Of a DNA stretch of 64,000 nt, positions 50,139-64,000 are shown piece after piece. The notes below the pieces were generated by a model that was not told where the DNA came from, made no database searches, and saw only the letters and a program-made list of their open reading frames with translations. The DNA lies in assembly GCF_004010195.1 (NCBI RefSeq), contig NC_057760.1, positions 2,566,709-2,630,708 on the forward strand, given 5' to 3'. A program made the position numbers and the translations under genes. Origin of the DNA: Chiloscyllium plagiosum (taxonomy: Eukaryota). Each line of letters starts with the position of its first letter. Position 1 is the first letter of the stretch.

Positions 50139-51119
50139 CCCATGAGGAGAGATTGATTAGATTGAGCCTGCATACAGGGAGCTCTTAAGAATAAGGTGAA
50201 ATACACAAGATTAACAGGGTGCTTAACAGGGTAAATGCAGAAAGGTGTTTCCCCTCGTGGGAGAATCTAGTACCCAGAGAGTATAATCTCCGAATAAAGG
50301 TTCACCCATTTAAGAACAAGATGAAGAGGAGTTTCTTTACTTGGAGGGTAGTGACTCTGTAGAATTCTTGATTACAGAGGGTTGTCAGCACTGGGTCATT
50401 GAGCATACTCAATGTGATGGGAGTTTTTTTTAATCAGTAAAGGAATCTAAGGTTATGGGGAAAAGACAGGAAAGTGGAGTTGAGGGTTATCAGGTTAGAC
50501 GTGATCTATTTAAAATCAGAGTGGGCCCAATGGGCTGGGCGGCCTACTTCTGTTCTTGCGCCTTATGGATCAAGCAGCATTTGCAAAGGAGTAACCTGCT
50601 CAGTTTGGATTCTGCAAGGATGTCTCAACACCTGACCTCATTACACCATGTTCTGAATTTGGATAAACGTGGTTGAACTCCAAGGGTTAGGTGAGAATGA
50701 ATGCATGTCATCAAGACAGCACTGTACAGCATTAAGGAACACTTAGCAAAGCTGGAGGAGTTAGGAATTAGGTAAACTCTCCAGTGATTTGAGTCATACC
50801 TTTGCATAAAGGAAGATTTTTTTTACTCATTGAGATTTAGGCATTACTGGCTGGCCAGTGTTTATTGCCTATCTCTAGTTGCTCTCGAGAAGGTGGTGTT
50901 GAGCTGTCTGCTTGAACTGCTGATCATTTGATAGCTCTACCCACAATGCTGTTTGGGAAAGAATTCTTTCCCAAAGTGAACTGCAGTAGTTAAAGGTGGC
51001 TGCTAACCTTACCACCTCCGAGGGCAGATATGTACAATATCCCATGAATGAGTTTTATTAAAATAAGCATGCTTTGTTTTTTCCCTACAGTTGTAGTTTG
51101 CTAGTTCTCCTTTATATCA

Positions 51120-52470
51120 AAACTGCTCAAATCTGCCTTGATGTTATGGGCAGTCAATCTTGCCTCATCCTTTGGAGTTCATCTCTTGTCCATGTTTATG
51201 GTTTTTGGAGTTGAATTATCTCAGTTTCAGGGCATCTCTGTTGGATTTCCTTAGGGTGATGCCCTGGGTACACCTATTCTTCTTCATTAATGACTCTATC
51301 ACAGTGTCAGATGTGAGGATGTTTGCTGATTGCACAATATTCGTGATCTCTCGGATGCTGAAGCAGTCTGTCCATATACAGAGGAACCTCAGTTATCCGA
51401 ACGAGTTGGGCGGACAGTATTTTGTTTGGATAATTGATTATTTGGTTAACTGATTCAATGTCTCTCCTCTCCAACTCAGTTTTTGGAAGTTTCCATTTCC
51501 TCACTCTGCCTACCTTGCTCACCCTCTCTGTCTCAGGGTTTGCTTCTGAGCAGAGACGCACTTCTGTGCGTAAGGGACCTGCAGCATTGCAGAAGCTCCC
51601 TGAAGCGCTCTTCCCCTCCACCACCCCCGCCCCCACCGCTGCTTCACTTCAATGGGATTGGCAGAATGATCACTTGCTATGACTGCTCCCCATTCAGGAG
51701 ACTTGGCGGCAGCAACACACTTCGCAATGCCCGCCCGCCCCACCCCCACAATGGAGGTACAGGACAATGTTGGAGCATTTATGTGGGGGGGGGTTAGGCT
51801 GCACCCCTGTGTAAAACTCCAGGGAAAGTGTGGGAAGAGAGCCAGGGTGAGCAGTCAGTCATTTGGGGACGGTGCTTGGGCTCTCATTAATTTCCAGGAC
51901 TGTTCTCTGCAGCATTTCAGTAAGCCGAATTAGTGTTGGCAACATGACTCAATCATTATTGGTAACAACTCGGATTATCGATGTTGGGGTGATCGAGATT
52001 CCTCTGTATAGCAAGACTTGACAATATCTAGGCTTGGGTTAATTTACATCAAAGCACTGGGAAATTGCCATCCTTGAGAAGAGAAAATCTAATTGTAACA
52101 CCATCGAACATCAAGGGACAATCACTGAATCCCTCACTCTGAAAATCTGGGTTTATCATTGTCCAGAAACTGAACTGGACCAGGTATTTAAACACCATGG
52201 TAACAAAACCAAATCATAGGCTTGGAATTCTGCAGTGAGTAACTTGTCCTCTGTCTCCCCAGTGCCTGTCACCATCTACAAGTCAAGGGTAAAACAGAAT
52301 ATTTTCCACTTGTATGGATGACTACAGCTCCAACGACACTTTAGCTCAATCCTATCTAGGGCAAAAGCACATCTCTTGATGGGCTTGCAATTCAGCACCT
52401 TCAACATTCACTCTCTCAACCATTGCACAGTGACAACAGTGTCTATCATCTATAAGAACTCTCAAAATCA
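51120..52470 (+). mobile_element. Old LINE RT fragment (same family as 5060-6290), host of the MITE
   Basis: FFINDS..DVRMFADCTIF; downstream text similar to 5260-5860. Confidence 0.65.
51379..52006. mobile_element. Non-autonomous Tc1/mariner (Tigger/pogo-like) MITE, 628 bp
   Basis: TIRs CAGAGGAACCTC / GAGATTCCTCTG, TA dinucleotides at 51377-51378 and 52007-52008; splits a LINE whose sequence rejoins across it. Confidence 0.78.
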
Positions 52471-53144
52471 CCACCTTCCTGGCCAAGATCTTATTCCTTC
52501 CTAATCTGGTATGTTTTTGAGCTATTGTTCATTTTGTTAAGTTACCTTGTTTTAATATTTCAGTCCTAATACACCCATCTGATTGTCTACTGTGTGAATT
52601 TTCTTGGTGTCCCTACAGATGGTTTTTGTTTTCCCCATCAATTTTTTAAATTGAATCATCACTGTTTCTGTAATTTTTGGTTGTGTGTATAAATTGGTTC
52701 TGTAAATGAGAATTATCGCCTACGTGGAATAATTCTGCGCCATTATCCATGGTTCAGCGCTGCTTTACAGCTGCATGTGCATTGGGACTTGCATTGTTGG
52801 ATAAGGCCAAAAGTTGTTGAGAATAAAATTGTAAGATTCTATCCTGCAGTCTGTTCTGCTACCCTGATGTACTTGTGTAGTATGATCTGCCTGTAAAATG
52901 CAAATATCAGCTGGGATCTAGGGATTATTGACCGGGACATAACGTATGAGACCTTGTTCTCATCACCCCAACTCTGGTATTCTAAAACCCCGTAGACAAA
53001 GTTTCTCTTTCGTGTGGTTAAGTAACTTTTGTAGTCAATCACAAATGAGACTTGTTTTATTTGGAGTAGTAAATTGCAAGTTTACAGCATCGATAAAACA
53101 AAAATGATTTTTAAAAAAGTTTTCTAGCCAGAACTGGGTTTGTG

Positions 53145-53612
53145 CCATCTGGAAGACACATGTCAAGAATGTATTGAAATGCTCCCCACTAGTCTGGATG
53201 AGCAAAGCTGTGACAATACTGAAGAAACTAACCCCGTGATTGGTACTGCTCACACCGTCTTCAACATTGCCTACGTCTATCACTGATGCACAGTGGCCCC
53301 CATTTGTACCGTCTGCAAAATGCACTACTCACCAAACTCCTTTTGATAGCACCATCCAAACCTGTGACTACCTCGACCTAGAAGAACAAGGGCAGCAGAT
53401 AACTTGCAAGCTCCTCTGCAAGACAATCACCTTTCTGACTTGGAAATCTATCACCATCCCAACAATGTTACTGGGTCAGAATCCTTAAACAACATTGTGT
53501 GTACCTGGACTGCAGCAGATTAAGAGGCAGTGTGTTGCCATCTTCCCCAGGATAATTGGGGATGGGGATGAAATGCTGGCTTTGCCAGCAAGGCCCACAT
53601 CCTGTGAATGAT
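53145..53612 (+). mobile_element. LINE 3' end of the 5060-6290 family
   Basis: Tail AAATGCTGGCTTTGCCAGCAAGGCCCACATCCTGTGAATGA. Confidence 0.65.
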
Positions 53613-56600
53613 TTTTTAAAAATAAAGAGAAGGGCTCATTACCCTATCAGTTGAAGCAGCTGCTACCATATGCTTGATATTGTAAGCAAGTGTCTGTATA
53701 GGAGGGAAGCACTCTACCACACAAAGATTGTGGTTTCCTCCCACAAATAAGTGGTTTCCTTTTTATTGCTGTTTGTCATGGCACTTGATTTAAAGATGTC
53801 TTGTTTGAAAGATCAGCTGAGAACGAGAGGAGAGTAGGTAGACCCTATGCTGAAAGAATGTTGTACTGATGGCAAATCATCCTATAAAGCTCTCTGCTCT
53901 ACTCTGTACACTGGTCCTGTTGTAAAGGAACAGAAATGAAATACTTCACATAGATGTAGTCAGAACTGACAAGTTAAAGGACCCTAGAATTAAATGTTTC
54001 AGTTTGAAGTATATAACATGAGACCTTTGTCCTGAAAAATTAATTTTGTTTCTTACTCTCTGGATGCAACCTGACCTGATGAGTATTTTCGGCATTTTCT
54101 ATTTTCAGTTTAGCCGTCTGTTTTTTCCAAACAGTGGCTAGTTCTTTGCACATTCAGCAGTGAGTCAAACCCAAGCTTGCCTATATATTTTGGGTTAAGT
54201 TGCAATGATTGTCAAGTGGCAGTCGTGGTGATGGAAAATCTGAATTAAGTTAACCTTCTGAGTGTTAATCCAATACTTGAACTAGCCATGACCATAGTAT
54301 TCCAAGTTGGTGCTGGGTATTGACATATCTGGCTCATGAAATGTAACTTAGAGGGTAATCATGTCGGTCAGTGCTGGGATTCTGCTCCACTTGGCCATGT
54401 CTTCATAAGTAAAGTAGTCCCAGTCACACTTGGAACAGGAAACACAGTGGTGCTTTGTACCATATTGTTCCAATGCCAGCAGTGCCCTTGCCATTACTGA
54501 TGGTGGATATTCCCAGATTTGACTGCCAAACTGTTCAGTCAAGCTGAACTTGTCTGGACTCAAGTGAGATGTGGCTTGAGACCTGATTTGTGTGTGTTGG
54601 CGGGGTGGAATTGAGTGAGCTCCCTGGGTACAGAAATCCTGTAAGTCTAAACTATTTAATAGTTTAGTTAAGGACTATTTAATGTGATGGTTTTTCTGTG
54701 CATCTCAGATACCTGGTGGATCAGAATTTTCTCACGCTTCAGGAGAAGCGTTTTGTGACAGAGGTACAATATGGTGGAAAAGGTGGAACAACTTTGGGTT
54801 CTAATCTTGGTGCTCAACAGAATGAAGAAATTTCTACTGTTAAACATCCCACCATGAAAATAATTAAATTTGTTCAGTGGTTCCTAAGACTCTAGCTATA
54901 TTCAGCCCATTGTTAACACAGCTTGAATGTACATGCACTAAAGTTGTCTTGAATGGAGTCTTGTTCCCGTACTAGAAGGCTGATGTTTCTGCTGTGGCAA
55001 AACAAATGAAACTTAAGGGTGTTTTAAATTAAAATAATGTATTAAAATGTGTTAAAATACATGTATGCATGTCTCCTGACTTGGTTCCATTTCATAATAT
55101 AACTACTCTGATTGGGGTGCATGAAAATTTGAATGCATAAATTTGCTGAGAGATTTAGAAGTCAGTTTGAACAAAATAACTGAAAGCAATGGGTCCTAAT
55201 ATATCCTTTCAAGCAGTATTTGATAGCACTGAGTGCTCATTATTTACGAGTTTTCTCATTCACATTGAGTAAAGTATGTATTTTTGGTACTCTATCTCTT
55301 GTGACTTTGTTTATTTCGCTTAAAATGCTGTATAAAGTCATAAAAATATTCTTCTTTAACAGATGGAAAGGGTAAATTTTCTATTTAAGCATATCACTTT
55401 ATTTCTTATTTTGTAACTGGACCATGGCCCTTTTTGAAGTTTCCTATTCTGTGAAATATTTTGAGGTCCAGGAAAACATTTGTGTGAGATCGTTGAGAAT
55501 GGAGACTTGCTGAAATCTTTAAGGTAATGGTGAGGAAACAGATCAGCCAAGTACATCCGTAAATACAGTATCAACAATTTTTATGAAGACTGGGGATTTT
55601 TCTGATCTTCCATCATAACACTCTCTTTCAAGTGACTGACAGAATACTGGAGAAATAATTTCTCATTTTCGTAGCAGCACAACCCTGGGTCTAATATCTG
55701 TGGACCTGAGAGGAATTATGATGTCAAGCACGCTCAGTGAATGGAAGAGTTGTTGACATAGTCTTGAACAATTGAAATGCTTAACAGTTGGTAGATGCTT
55801 ATCTTGTTGGCAGAATATCATAAGGCACACAATATGAGATTTCTCTTTCCTTTAGAGTGTAGGGACTGTTGTGTCAGCAATTAGCCATGTTTAGTAAATG
55901 AACTGGAATTCTTTCAAATAGAAACAGAATGTAGTTGATTGTGGACCATATCAGGGGATTTCTGAAAATTACTGGTAAAGTTCTTGACCAAAAAGATAAT
56001 TTGTGAAGATTACCTTAAAGGTTGGACAATGGATGTACTTCCTAGCTTTTTTATGCTTACTTAGCAATTTCCCATGTCAAAGGTTGATCTGGTAGCTCAA
56101 ATCAGTTCTTGGAAGCTTAGCTTTTGATCGGCTGGATGTTGAAAGTTGAGGGGAATACAGAAGAGTTAATGTTAAAGGTTATTTTAAATGTGAAGGTGAG
56201 GATTTGATGGCCAAATACAATGTGATGTTTTGCTTCAATATGGTGCCTTTTACAGTAGAACGTATTCAGGGCAGGACGAAAGAAGGGTGATTCAGACACC
56301 AACTGAGCAGTTGGTCAGCAATTTTGTGGAAATGACCAAAGAAGCAGTTGTTCTTTTTATAAAGGCCATATGGAAGTGCAAAGAAATACAGTTAACGTTG
56401 ACGGTTTAACATAGAAAACAACAGACTACATGGCCGTGATGCTTAAAGGCTCCACCACGCTAGGTAGAGTGAAGGGTGGATTAGATGTTTGTTGTCTTTT
56501 AAGGCAGGTGGACTTCTCTGGCAAACACAGCATTTGTTGTTCATCCTTATTACTCGTGAAAAAGTGGTGAAAATTTGCCTTTGTGAATGAATGAGTGCAG

Positions 56601-59600
56601 ACTTTGGGTGGAGACACCCACAGTTCCAGAATTTTGAAGAAAAGGCAGCATATTTCCAAGCTAGGGTAGTGTGTGACATTGGGAGAGGTGTGGATATCAG
56701 TGAGGCAAAAATGAAATTTGGGACTAGGATCCACCATCTGAGCAACTTGATGCAGTGGTATCCCATTGATTTTTTTTTTTCCCCTGGTTCCCATTAATGT
56801 CAGATTTTAAAAACAACTAATTTCCTTTGTGCTCGGTATGACTCCAAACATCAAATGTGTTTTCCTTGATAACTTTTGACTAATTGTGCTAAGGTTCCTT
56901 GATAGATGCTGTACTTCATCAAATGTACCTTGATGTTGAGGGCAGTTACTCCTCCCTTGAACTTAGCTTTTTTTTAAGTTTCTGTTTGACCCAGAACTGT
57001 AATGAGGTCAGAAGCAGAACCCAAAAGGAGCATCTGTGAGCAGGATATTACTATGAAACTTAATAGGATTGTCAACAACACCTTCCAATTTTAATCAGAG
57101 ATCTTAAGGAGACTGATAGGGCAGTAATTGGCGTGGTTGGATTTGTTCTGCTTTTTGTATAGAGGATGTACTGGGCAATTTCCCACATTATTGGATAGGT
57201 GCCAGTTTGTAGCTTTGCTGGAACAGCTTTCCAAGGGGTTTGGATATTTCCAAAGCACAAATCTTTCGTACTGCTATTGGGATACTGCCCAGGCCTGTAG
57301 CCTTTGCTGTGTACAGTGTCTTCAACTCTAGCTGGACACCTCAAAGTCCAGATATTAAGAGTGGCCACTTTTAGAACTGGGGTGTTGGGCTGGAGGAGTT
57401 TATGGAAGTGAAGCATGGAGGATGAATAATTTTAAACGGCTGAACTGGTGAAGGGGATGCCCCCAGTTCACATCCCAGGACAACATGATCTATCTGTTTT
57501 CTATAGGATAAGTTCTGAGTTACACATCAGTTGCATTTGGAAATGTAATTGGGGAAATGCAATTTGCAGAACAGAAATAGGAAGGTAGAGATGAGACTAA
57601 GTGAGCTTAGTGCTTAGTTGTTCCACTTTTAAGTAAAATCGATGTTTGTTATTTAGTGTTAATCAGAGTGTAACGAGTGAAGGTATTCCTAATGTTGAAG
57701 TACTGTGCTGTGCATCTTTTATCATCAGTTTGTGAGCTGAATGAGACTGGGCTACCCAGAAAGGTGAGCATTTCTTTGAAGATGAAGGGGATTATGAACT
57801 GTCTGAATGATCAAATGTCAAATGTTGTTTTTACAGTGTTGCTTTTCCTGAAGGGTTTGTTTCTATTTTTACATTGTTCACTTCGGACTCAAAAAATGTT
57901 TCTGTTGGAATCTGTGTGTGCCTGTAGTTTTTCCTCCATTTCGTGCTGATGCTGTTATAGAGCAAGTCCAAGCTGTTGCCACCATTTCAGTGCCTTCTTC
58001 CTCTTTCAATGAGAGATAAAGAATATTCTTTAATTAGATGATGGTTCCTTGGGCAGAGTACCTGTGATGGAGTGTGTCGGCTATCAAATGGCCTTTTTGT
58101 ACCCTGAGCTCTGTTTAACAGTCGTAAGCAGGAGGACAAATAAGACATGGCTGCTACAGGACAGATGGTTAGTGCAGGCGGCAGCAATATTACAGCTATT
58201 TTTAGCATCCCTGCTTCCACGTCTAAATTATTATTGATGCTGGAAGACAATAGTAACACAGCACAGGAGAATTTCAGATGCTTGTTATTATTCTGACCTT
58301 TTTTAAATGTGTTTGTGAAAAGACTTTTGAAACTGATTCTGTCTGTCAAATTTTCACAATACCAGTATGAGCATTTTTTTCCATTGTGTTTTTTATTGTA
58401 AAGCAGTGCACCACACTCTCCAGTATTGACCATTTGGAATGCCCTTGCTCAAACAAACCTTTACTTTGATATTTTAATAGGAAAATATTTTGGGGAAGGA
58501 CTTTTGGAAAATGCATTACAAATCAGGAATACAACATAGAAGGGATTATTTGGCCCGCTTGAATCTGCCAGCTCTTTGTCAGGGCCATCCAATTAACCCC
58601 CTCCCCCCACCCCACTCCATAATTCTTCCCCATCACAAAAATGTTCCCCGTCAAAATTTATCCACTTCCTTTTTGAAAGTTGTTATTCAATTTGCCCTTA
58701 CAAGTAATACGTTGGATTTTATCACAAATTGCTGCATTAGTTTATAACTTTGCTAATGTAACTTCTGATCTTTTTGTTAATCACCCTGCTTCTTTACCTC
58801 AAATTACTGACCCTTATACCTGTATAAATAGTTCCTCCTTCGATCAACTTTTAAAACCTTTCATAATGTTGAACTCCTTTACCAGATCTTCTCTAACCTT
58901 TTTTGCTGTTTGAAGGCAAAGCCAAGTTACTCCAGTCTCTCCATATCCCTGAATTCCTGTATTCCTGACAGCGTGCTAATCACTTTTATGTTGAACATTC
59001 ACAAATGTAACTTACCTTGGAAAAACTCTAACAAAGGTTGTTGGACAATGCAAAATATTTGTTTCTCGCTGAATACCATTACAATTCTGACATGTACTAT
59101 CATAAACTTGCCAAACTTTTAAGTTGTCAACTTGTATTTGAAACCTTTCCCCTAGAAATAGCTATGACTGTAATTCTGCCTCTTCCCTCTATTTCCATGT
59201 CAGTCTTGAAATTTGGTTTTCATGGACAGTATTGGTATTCATTTTGTAGCTGCAGAAATTTTGAACACTTCAGTTGCATTGTCAGCTTTTGAACCATTCA
59301 TAGAATGCACCAGATTCTTTACCCTTTCAGAAGACAGTAGAATCAATGCAATCTGAAATCTTCTCTTTCCACATGACCTGTCCTTTTCAGTTCAATTTTC
59401 CTGCTTCCTCAATATTTTCCATGTGAAGTTTGTGTGACTGCTCCATCAGTGGCTTGTGTTACGTTACTTCTTGACTGTGCTCTGAGCAAAGAAACATTTT
59501 TGACTCCAAATTTGGGTTAGAAATAGATGAAAATAGCAAACCCTTTCTTAGTTGCTATCTAAAGATTTTGTTGGAGGTACACATGGTCATTATTGTGTCA

Positions 59601-60796
59601 GAGCAGAATCAGGCTCCACCACTGTGGGACAGGCTGCTGATGGCACCTGTCAAAATGCACGTGTACATCATAGTCCATTCAGATCCTGGAGGGTTACCAG
59701 CACAGGGAACTATGTCCTGCATGCACTGAGGTGGGAAAATTGGCAAGTGGTCATCAAAAGACTCAGTATTATTTCTTAGCCTGTGGAAGTTTCCATTGAG
59801 AGGACTGTATGAAGTCATATAACTTTAACCCTGTTTTTATTATTAATTTGAGGTGTTTGATGTTTTTCTTGTCCAAGCAATGCTCCAGAATTGCTCAAGC
59901 TGCATCAATGCTTTGCAGCCCAATTTGCTTCGTATATCCCACTGTTTTATTTATTGCAGTTCGCAGTCGTCATTAAATACTGGAGCTTTAGCAAAATTTT
60001 TTGTTTAAACTCAATTAGTTTTTGAAATGCTAAGATGAAAAATTAACATCTTGGAAATGTTACTCAGTTCAGACTGCAGCCTGTCAACATGATGTCATTG
60101 CCTTCCTCAGGGAAGAGATTTTCAAACAAAATCAGTACAGGTTCTGCATTTCAGCATCATCTCTCTAGTCTTAGCGGGTAGGACTAAGCAACAATGGGAG
60201 GAGCCTCAAATGCTGAGAAATCAATCTACCACAGTATATGGAAAAAGATTTTGAAGCATCTTTCATCTGTGACTTTTCTGACTTTCATCAGTATTTCAAC
60301 AGTAATCTTTATCTGACAACCATAAGAAAATGTGGCTATAATTCCTTTGTTGAATTGCGGTGCGTTAGCTGAAGTGTTTACTATGCTATTCGAGAGAAGA
60401 GCTCATTTTAGGACGAGCTGCCATCTCTGATGCTGTGATTGTGCTAAAACAGAACATTAAGACTCCTTGGCTCCACAACATAGCAATTGACATAAATTAT
60501 TCATGAATAAAGCCAGTGTAGAACAAACCTATTGCACTCAATGCTCTAAACATTGCGAATAGCTTTTTTTTATAAAACAGCTGTTCAGTTTAAAGTGGTA
60601 CTTTCTTTGCGCTTGAAACTTTCAGCAAAATATAGTTTAAAAGGACATTATACTGATAGGATCATAAATGTTACATGGTTGATGTCTGTTTCAGTAGCTA
60701 GGTTTATAAAATAAGTTATTGATCTAGAACCAAGGTCTCATCAATACTGAGTGTTTGATGCCCATTGTTTTTTGTTTGAGAGAGATATTGGTCAGG

Positions 60797-61088
60797 GCCG
60801 CATAGTGGCTCAGGGACTAGGGTTTGATTCCAGCCTCAGGCGACTGTCTGTGTGGAGTTTGCACATTATCCCGTATCTGCATGGGTTTCCTCTGGCCGCT
60901 TCAGTCAGTTCCCGCAGTCTAAAAATGTGCAAGTTAGGTGAATTAGCCATGCAAAGTTGCCCACAGTGTTCAGGGATGTGTAGGTTAGGTGCATAAGTCA
61001 GGGGAAATGTAAAGTAATAGTGTGAGGGGAATGGGTCTGGGTGGATCTCTTCGGAGGGTCGGTGTGGACTTGTTGGGTTGAATGACCT
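60797..61088 (+). mobile_element. HE1-type SINE
   Basis: CGACTGTCTGTGTGGAGTTTGCACATT; GGGAATGGGTCTGGGTGG tail as in the 8821 copy. Confidence 0.85.
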
Positions 61089-61959
61089 ATAATTCAATGG
61101 ATGCCTGTGATAGCAGGGTCATATTTAGCATGTTGACTGTAGCTTTCCTCATTTGTTGAAAATGTTTGCTATTATTGAGAGGTCAGCTGGGTTCCTTTGG
61201 TAAGTTGGGAGGGATTCATTCTCATTTAGTGTAGGTGAGCGATCTGAGTGCAACTTTGACTTGTGCAACAATTGGAATGTCTTCACGTTGTGGCTACAGA
61301 AGCTGTAGGAAAGTGTCTGTGGGATGCACCGCACCAAGGTTACTTCAACAGTATCCTCCCTCCCTCTCTCGGTCCTGTGTCCTGAAGCATTATCACTTCC
61401 CTTCCAAAACTGGTACAGTTCTAATTTTTAGGCAATTATCAATATTCATTTGTCCCATTGTCAGCATCCTGAAACTCCCTACTGAATGCCATTGTGCTGT
61501 ATCCCACCAACTCCAGTGGAAACAGGGATAAAGTACAGTCAGGAATGGACAAAAAAAAGTTTTCACAGCATCTCCCATATTTGAAGATTAATTTAAAAAA
61601 TTTATAATTTAGACATTTTGCTTAAGTATTTAAACACTTAAATAATTGGTAATCTAGCAAAGAAACTCTAATTATACATTAAGTGCATATTCAGGTCTAA
61701 GAATGGAGCTTTGTAGTGAATTGAAGGAATGAGCAAGTTGTGTCCCTTTCATAACATGACTTGAGGTCAAAGGTCTGGCCTTCAGCCTTGCAATTATAGA
61801 AGTAAAAACACTAGGTTTCAACCAGCCATCGTAGAATTAGTTTTGCTACGCGCTCCTACCCACTTTTTCCCATTTTCATTTGGAGGATGCAACTGACTTT
61901 CAGAACATAGTGAAGCAGAAGTTGAAAAGGCAGGTGTTGTTAACATATGAGGAACTCTG

Positions 61960-62385
61960 GGTCTAAACTGAGTTTAGAAGGATTGCGGTGGGGGGGAGGA
62001 GGTTTAATTGAAACTTGCAGAATACAGAATGACCTGGACAGAGTGGATGTTGGAAAGGTGTTTGCATTAGCAGGAGAGACTAGGACACGAGACTGGGACT
62101 AGAGCCATAGATTAAAGGGAAGACCTTTTAGAACGGAGATAAGGCGAAACCTCTTCAGCCAGAGAGTGTTGAATCTGTGGAATTCACAGCCATGGAAAGC
62201 CAGGTCTCTCTGTCTCTCTCTCACTCACTCACTCTCGTGGGAGGAAACTGGAGTACCCAGAGGTAACCCACGCAGACATGAGGAGAATGTGCAAACTGCA
62301 CACACCAGTCATCTGAGGTGGGAATCAAACCTGGGTCCCTGATGCTGTGAGGCTGCAGTGCTAACCACTGAGCCACCGTGCTACC
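61960..62385. mobile_element. CR1 fragment (+, 61960-62200) abutting the 5' half of an HE1 SINE (-, 62237-62385)
   Basis: CAGAGAGTGTTGAATCTGTGGAATTC; reverse-complement SINE head GGTAGCACGGTGGCTCAGTGGTTAGCACTG. Confidence 0.75.
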
Positions 62386-63499
62386 ATATTCCTCAGCAGT
62401 ACTTGCTCAGATAGGATGGAAAGCACGCAGTTTTAAGGCCATCTGGAGAGGTTTCTTTGGGTCATTTTGGTGAAATTTCCCCAATCCAGCAGGTTGTCAA
62501 AATCTTTATGTATTGTGGTGAAAGCAAAATGGTCATCCTCCAGTGCTGTAGCAGCTTCAAATGCAGCCTTTCTGCTACTTTCTGTCAATGTTTTAAGAGA
62601 ATTTTTTCATTTCTCTGTTTTGCTGTTTATATAGACTTGAATGTATATTCAGAGGGTGAGCTAAATATGATCCTGCTTGATATTTTTACAATAATTGTTT
62701 ACAATGTTACCTTTTTGATTTTTATTTTACTTGCTATCTGAACCACCAGAATTCATCGTTCCATCTTCGTCTAACCCATGAATGTATTGTTTGCTTTTTT
62801 CTCATCCGATTGCTTGACTTTCTGCTAAATACATCTATTCTGTTCATCTCAACCAATCCTTACTGTGGTGATGCAGCAGGATCAACAGGATTCAATCAAA
62901 ATTAATTTACCTACTAGTTGCATAGTTTACAACAGACGTCTTGAGGATTGTCCATTGTAAAGGCAAAGGACTGTGGAACCTAGAGATCTGAAATAAAAGC
63001 AGAAAGTACGAGAGTAATCAGGTTGGCAGAATCTGCAGAGAGAGAAAGAGTTAAGGATTCAAGTCCATTATAACTCTTCGCTCAATACTCTAACTCGATT
63101 CTAGCTATTGTTAACATGGAAAATTTCAAGACTGGAAGTAAAGTTTAGTGCTATATAATATATTTTCTTGAGGGTTTACAGACTCATGCCAATAATTTCC
63201 ACAAATCTTCTAAAATTCAGAAAATGAAACTTGTATTTGGTTGAATTTTCATGGTTACAGTTGTGCCGAGTTCTGTGCTGTAGTATCACTATTACAGAGA
63301 GATTGGAGAAGCTCCTGAGAAAAGAAGACATTTGAGGAGTTTTGATAGAAGTGTTCAAGATAATGTGGGATCAGGACAGTCGACACCGATACTAAGGTGA
63401 TTGCCAAAAGAAGAAACGACATCAAGGGAAACTTTGCAACCAGCGAATTGTAACCTCTCGTTGCTCATCCACCACCTAAAAACTCTCTCCACTTCTGAC

Positions 63500-63820
63500 G
63501 CACAGTGGTAGCAGTGTATACCATCTGCAAGTTGCTTGATAGTAACTCGCCCAAGATCCTTCAACAGCATCATCCAAACCCACAAACTCGACCTCCTAAA
63601 TGGAAAAGGGTAGCAAATGTATGGGCGCACCACCCCGTTCAAGTAGCACACCACCCGGACTTGGAACTGTCTTGCAGTCATACAGTGTATTTAAGATGCT
63701 GGAATGCCCCCTCCAGCAGCCTCTGAACATCCTTAGATGATATGGACTGTAGCAGTTCAAGAACGCAGCTCACCACCACCTCAGCAGCAATTAGGGATGG
63801 GCAGTAAAAGCTGACATAAC
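63500..63820 (+). mobile_element. LINE 3' end of the 5060-6290 family
   Basis: GTAGCAGTTCAAGAACGCAGCTCACCACCACC..TAGGGATGGGCAGTAAA tail. Confidence 0.6.
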
Positions 63821-63837
63821 TATTGACCATGATATCT

Positions 63838-64000
63838 ATAGAGTCATAGAGATGTACAGCAAGGAAACAGACCCTTTGGTCCAACCCGTCCATGCTAACC
63901 AGAGATCCCAAACCAATCTCGTCCCACCTGCCAGCACCCAGCCCATATCCCTCCAAATCCTTCCTATTCATATACCCATCCAAATGCCTCTTAAATGTTG
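63838..64000 (-). mobile_element. CR1 3' end, continues beyond the window
   Basis: MDGYMNRKDLEGYGLGAGRWD and tail AGTCATAGAGATGTACAG. Confidence 0.9.

Noticed and set aside
51307..51933. Overlapping 82-109-aa ORFs suggesting a hidden gene
   Set aside because: They lie in the GC-rich MITE interior, are open in several frames on both strands and have no recognisable domain
60340..60560. Possible conserved non-coding enhancer (unique sequence with AT-rich motifs)
   Set aside because: Cannot be supported without a cross-species alignment
38075..64000. Further ASH1L coding exons
   Set aside because: No ORF resembling the very large next exon of ASH1L is present, so it must lie beyond the window; tiny exons cannot be excluded

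Overview
Vertebrate genomic DNA, most likely a shark or other elasmobranch (inferred from HE1-type V-SINEs and abundant CR1/HER1-like LINEs). The window holds the 5' part of one protein-coding gene on the + strand, ASH1L (H3K36 methyltransferase). It has a CpG-rich promoter with a 68-bp NRF1/E-box minisatellite (1-350), a non-coding first exon ending at about 1300, a ~36-kb intron 1, the first coding exon (37484-38074, CDS from ATG 37631) and a second intron that runs past the window end. The introns are largely decayed retroelements (CR1, Penelope-like, Rex1/Babar-like, Tx1-like, tRNA-derived SINEs) plus one Tc1/mariner-type MITE and a 574-nt N gap. The most notable signal is a dispersed set of short (~120-500 bp) insertions, often fold-back and flanked by target-site duplications, that carry minimal hammerhead-ribozyme cores (CUGANGA-stem II-GAAA-palindrome-UH) with covarying stems. 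One such core sits at the 3' end of a GIY-YIG Penelope element, suggesting non-autonomous, retrozyme-like derivatives. Also notable are the promoter VNTR and strong-Kozak uORFs in the ASH1L leader. Repeat family names and boundaries were assigned by eye and are approximate.
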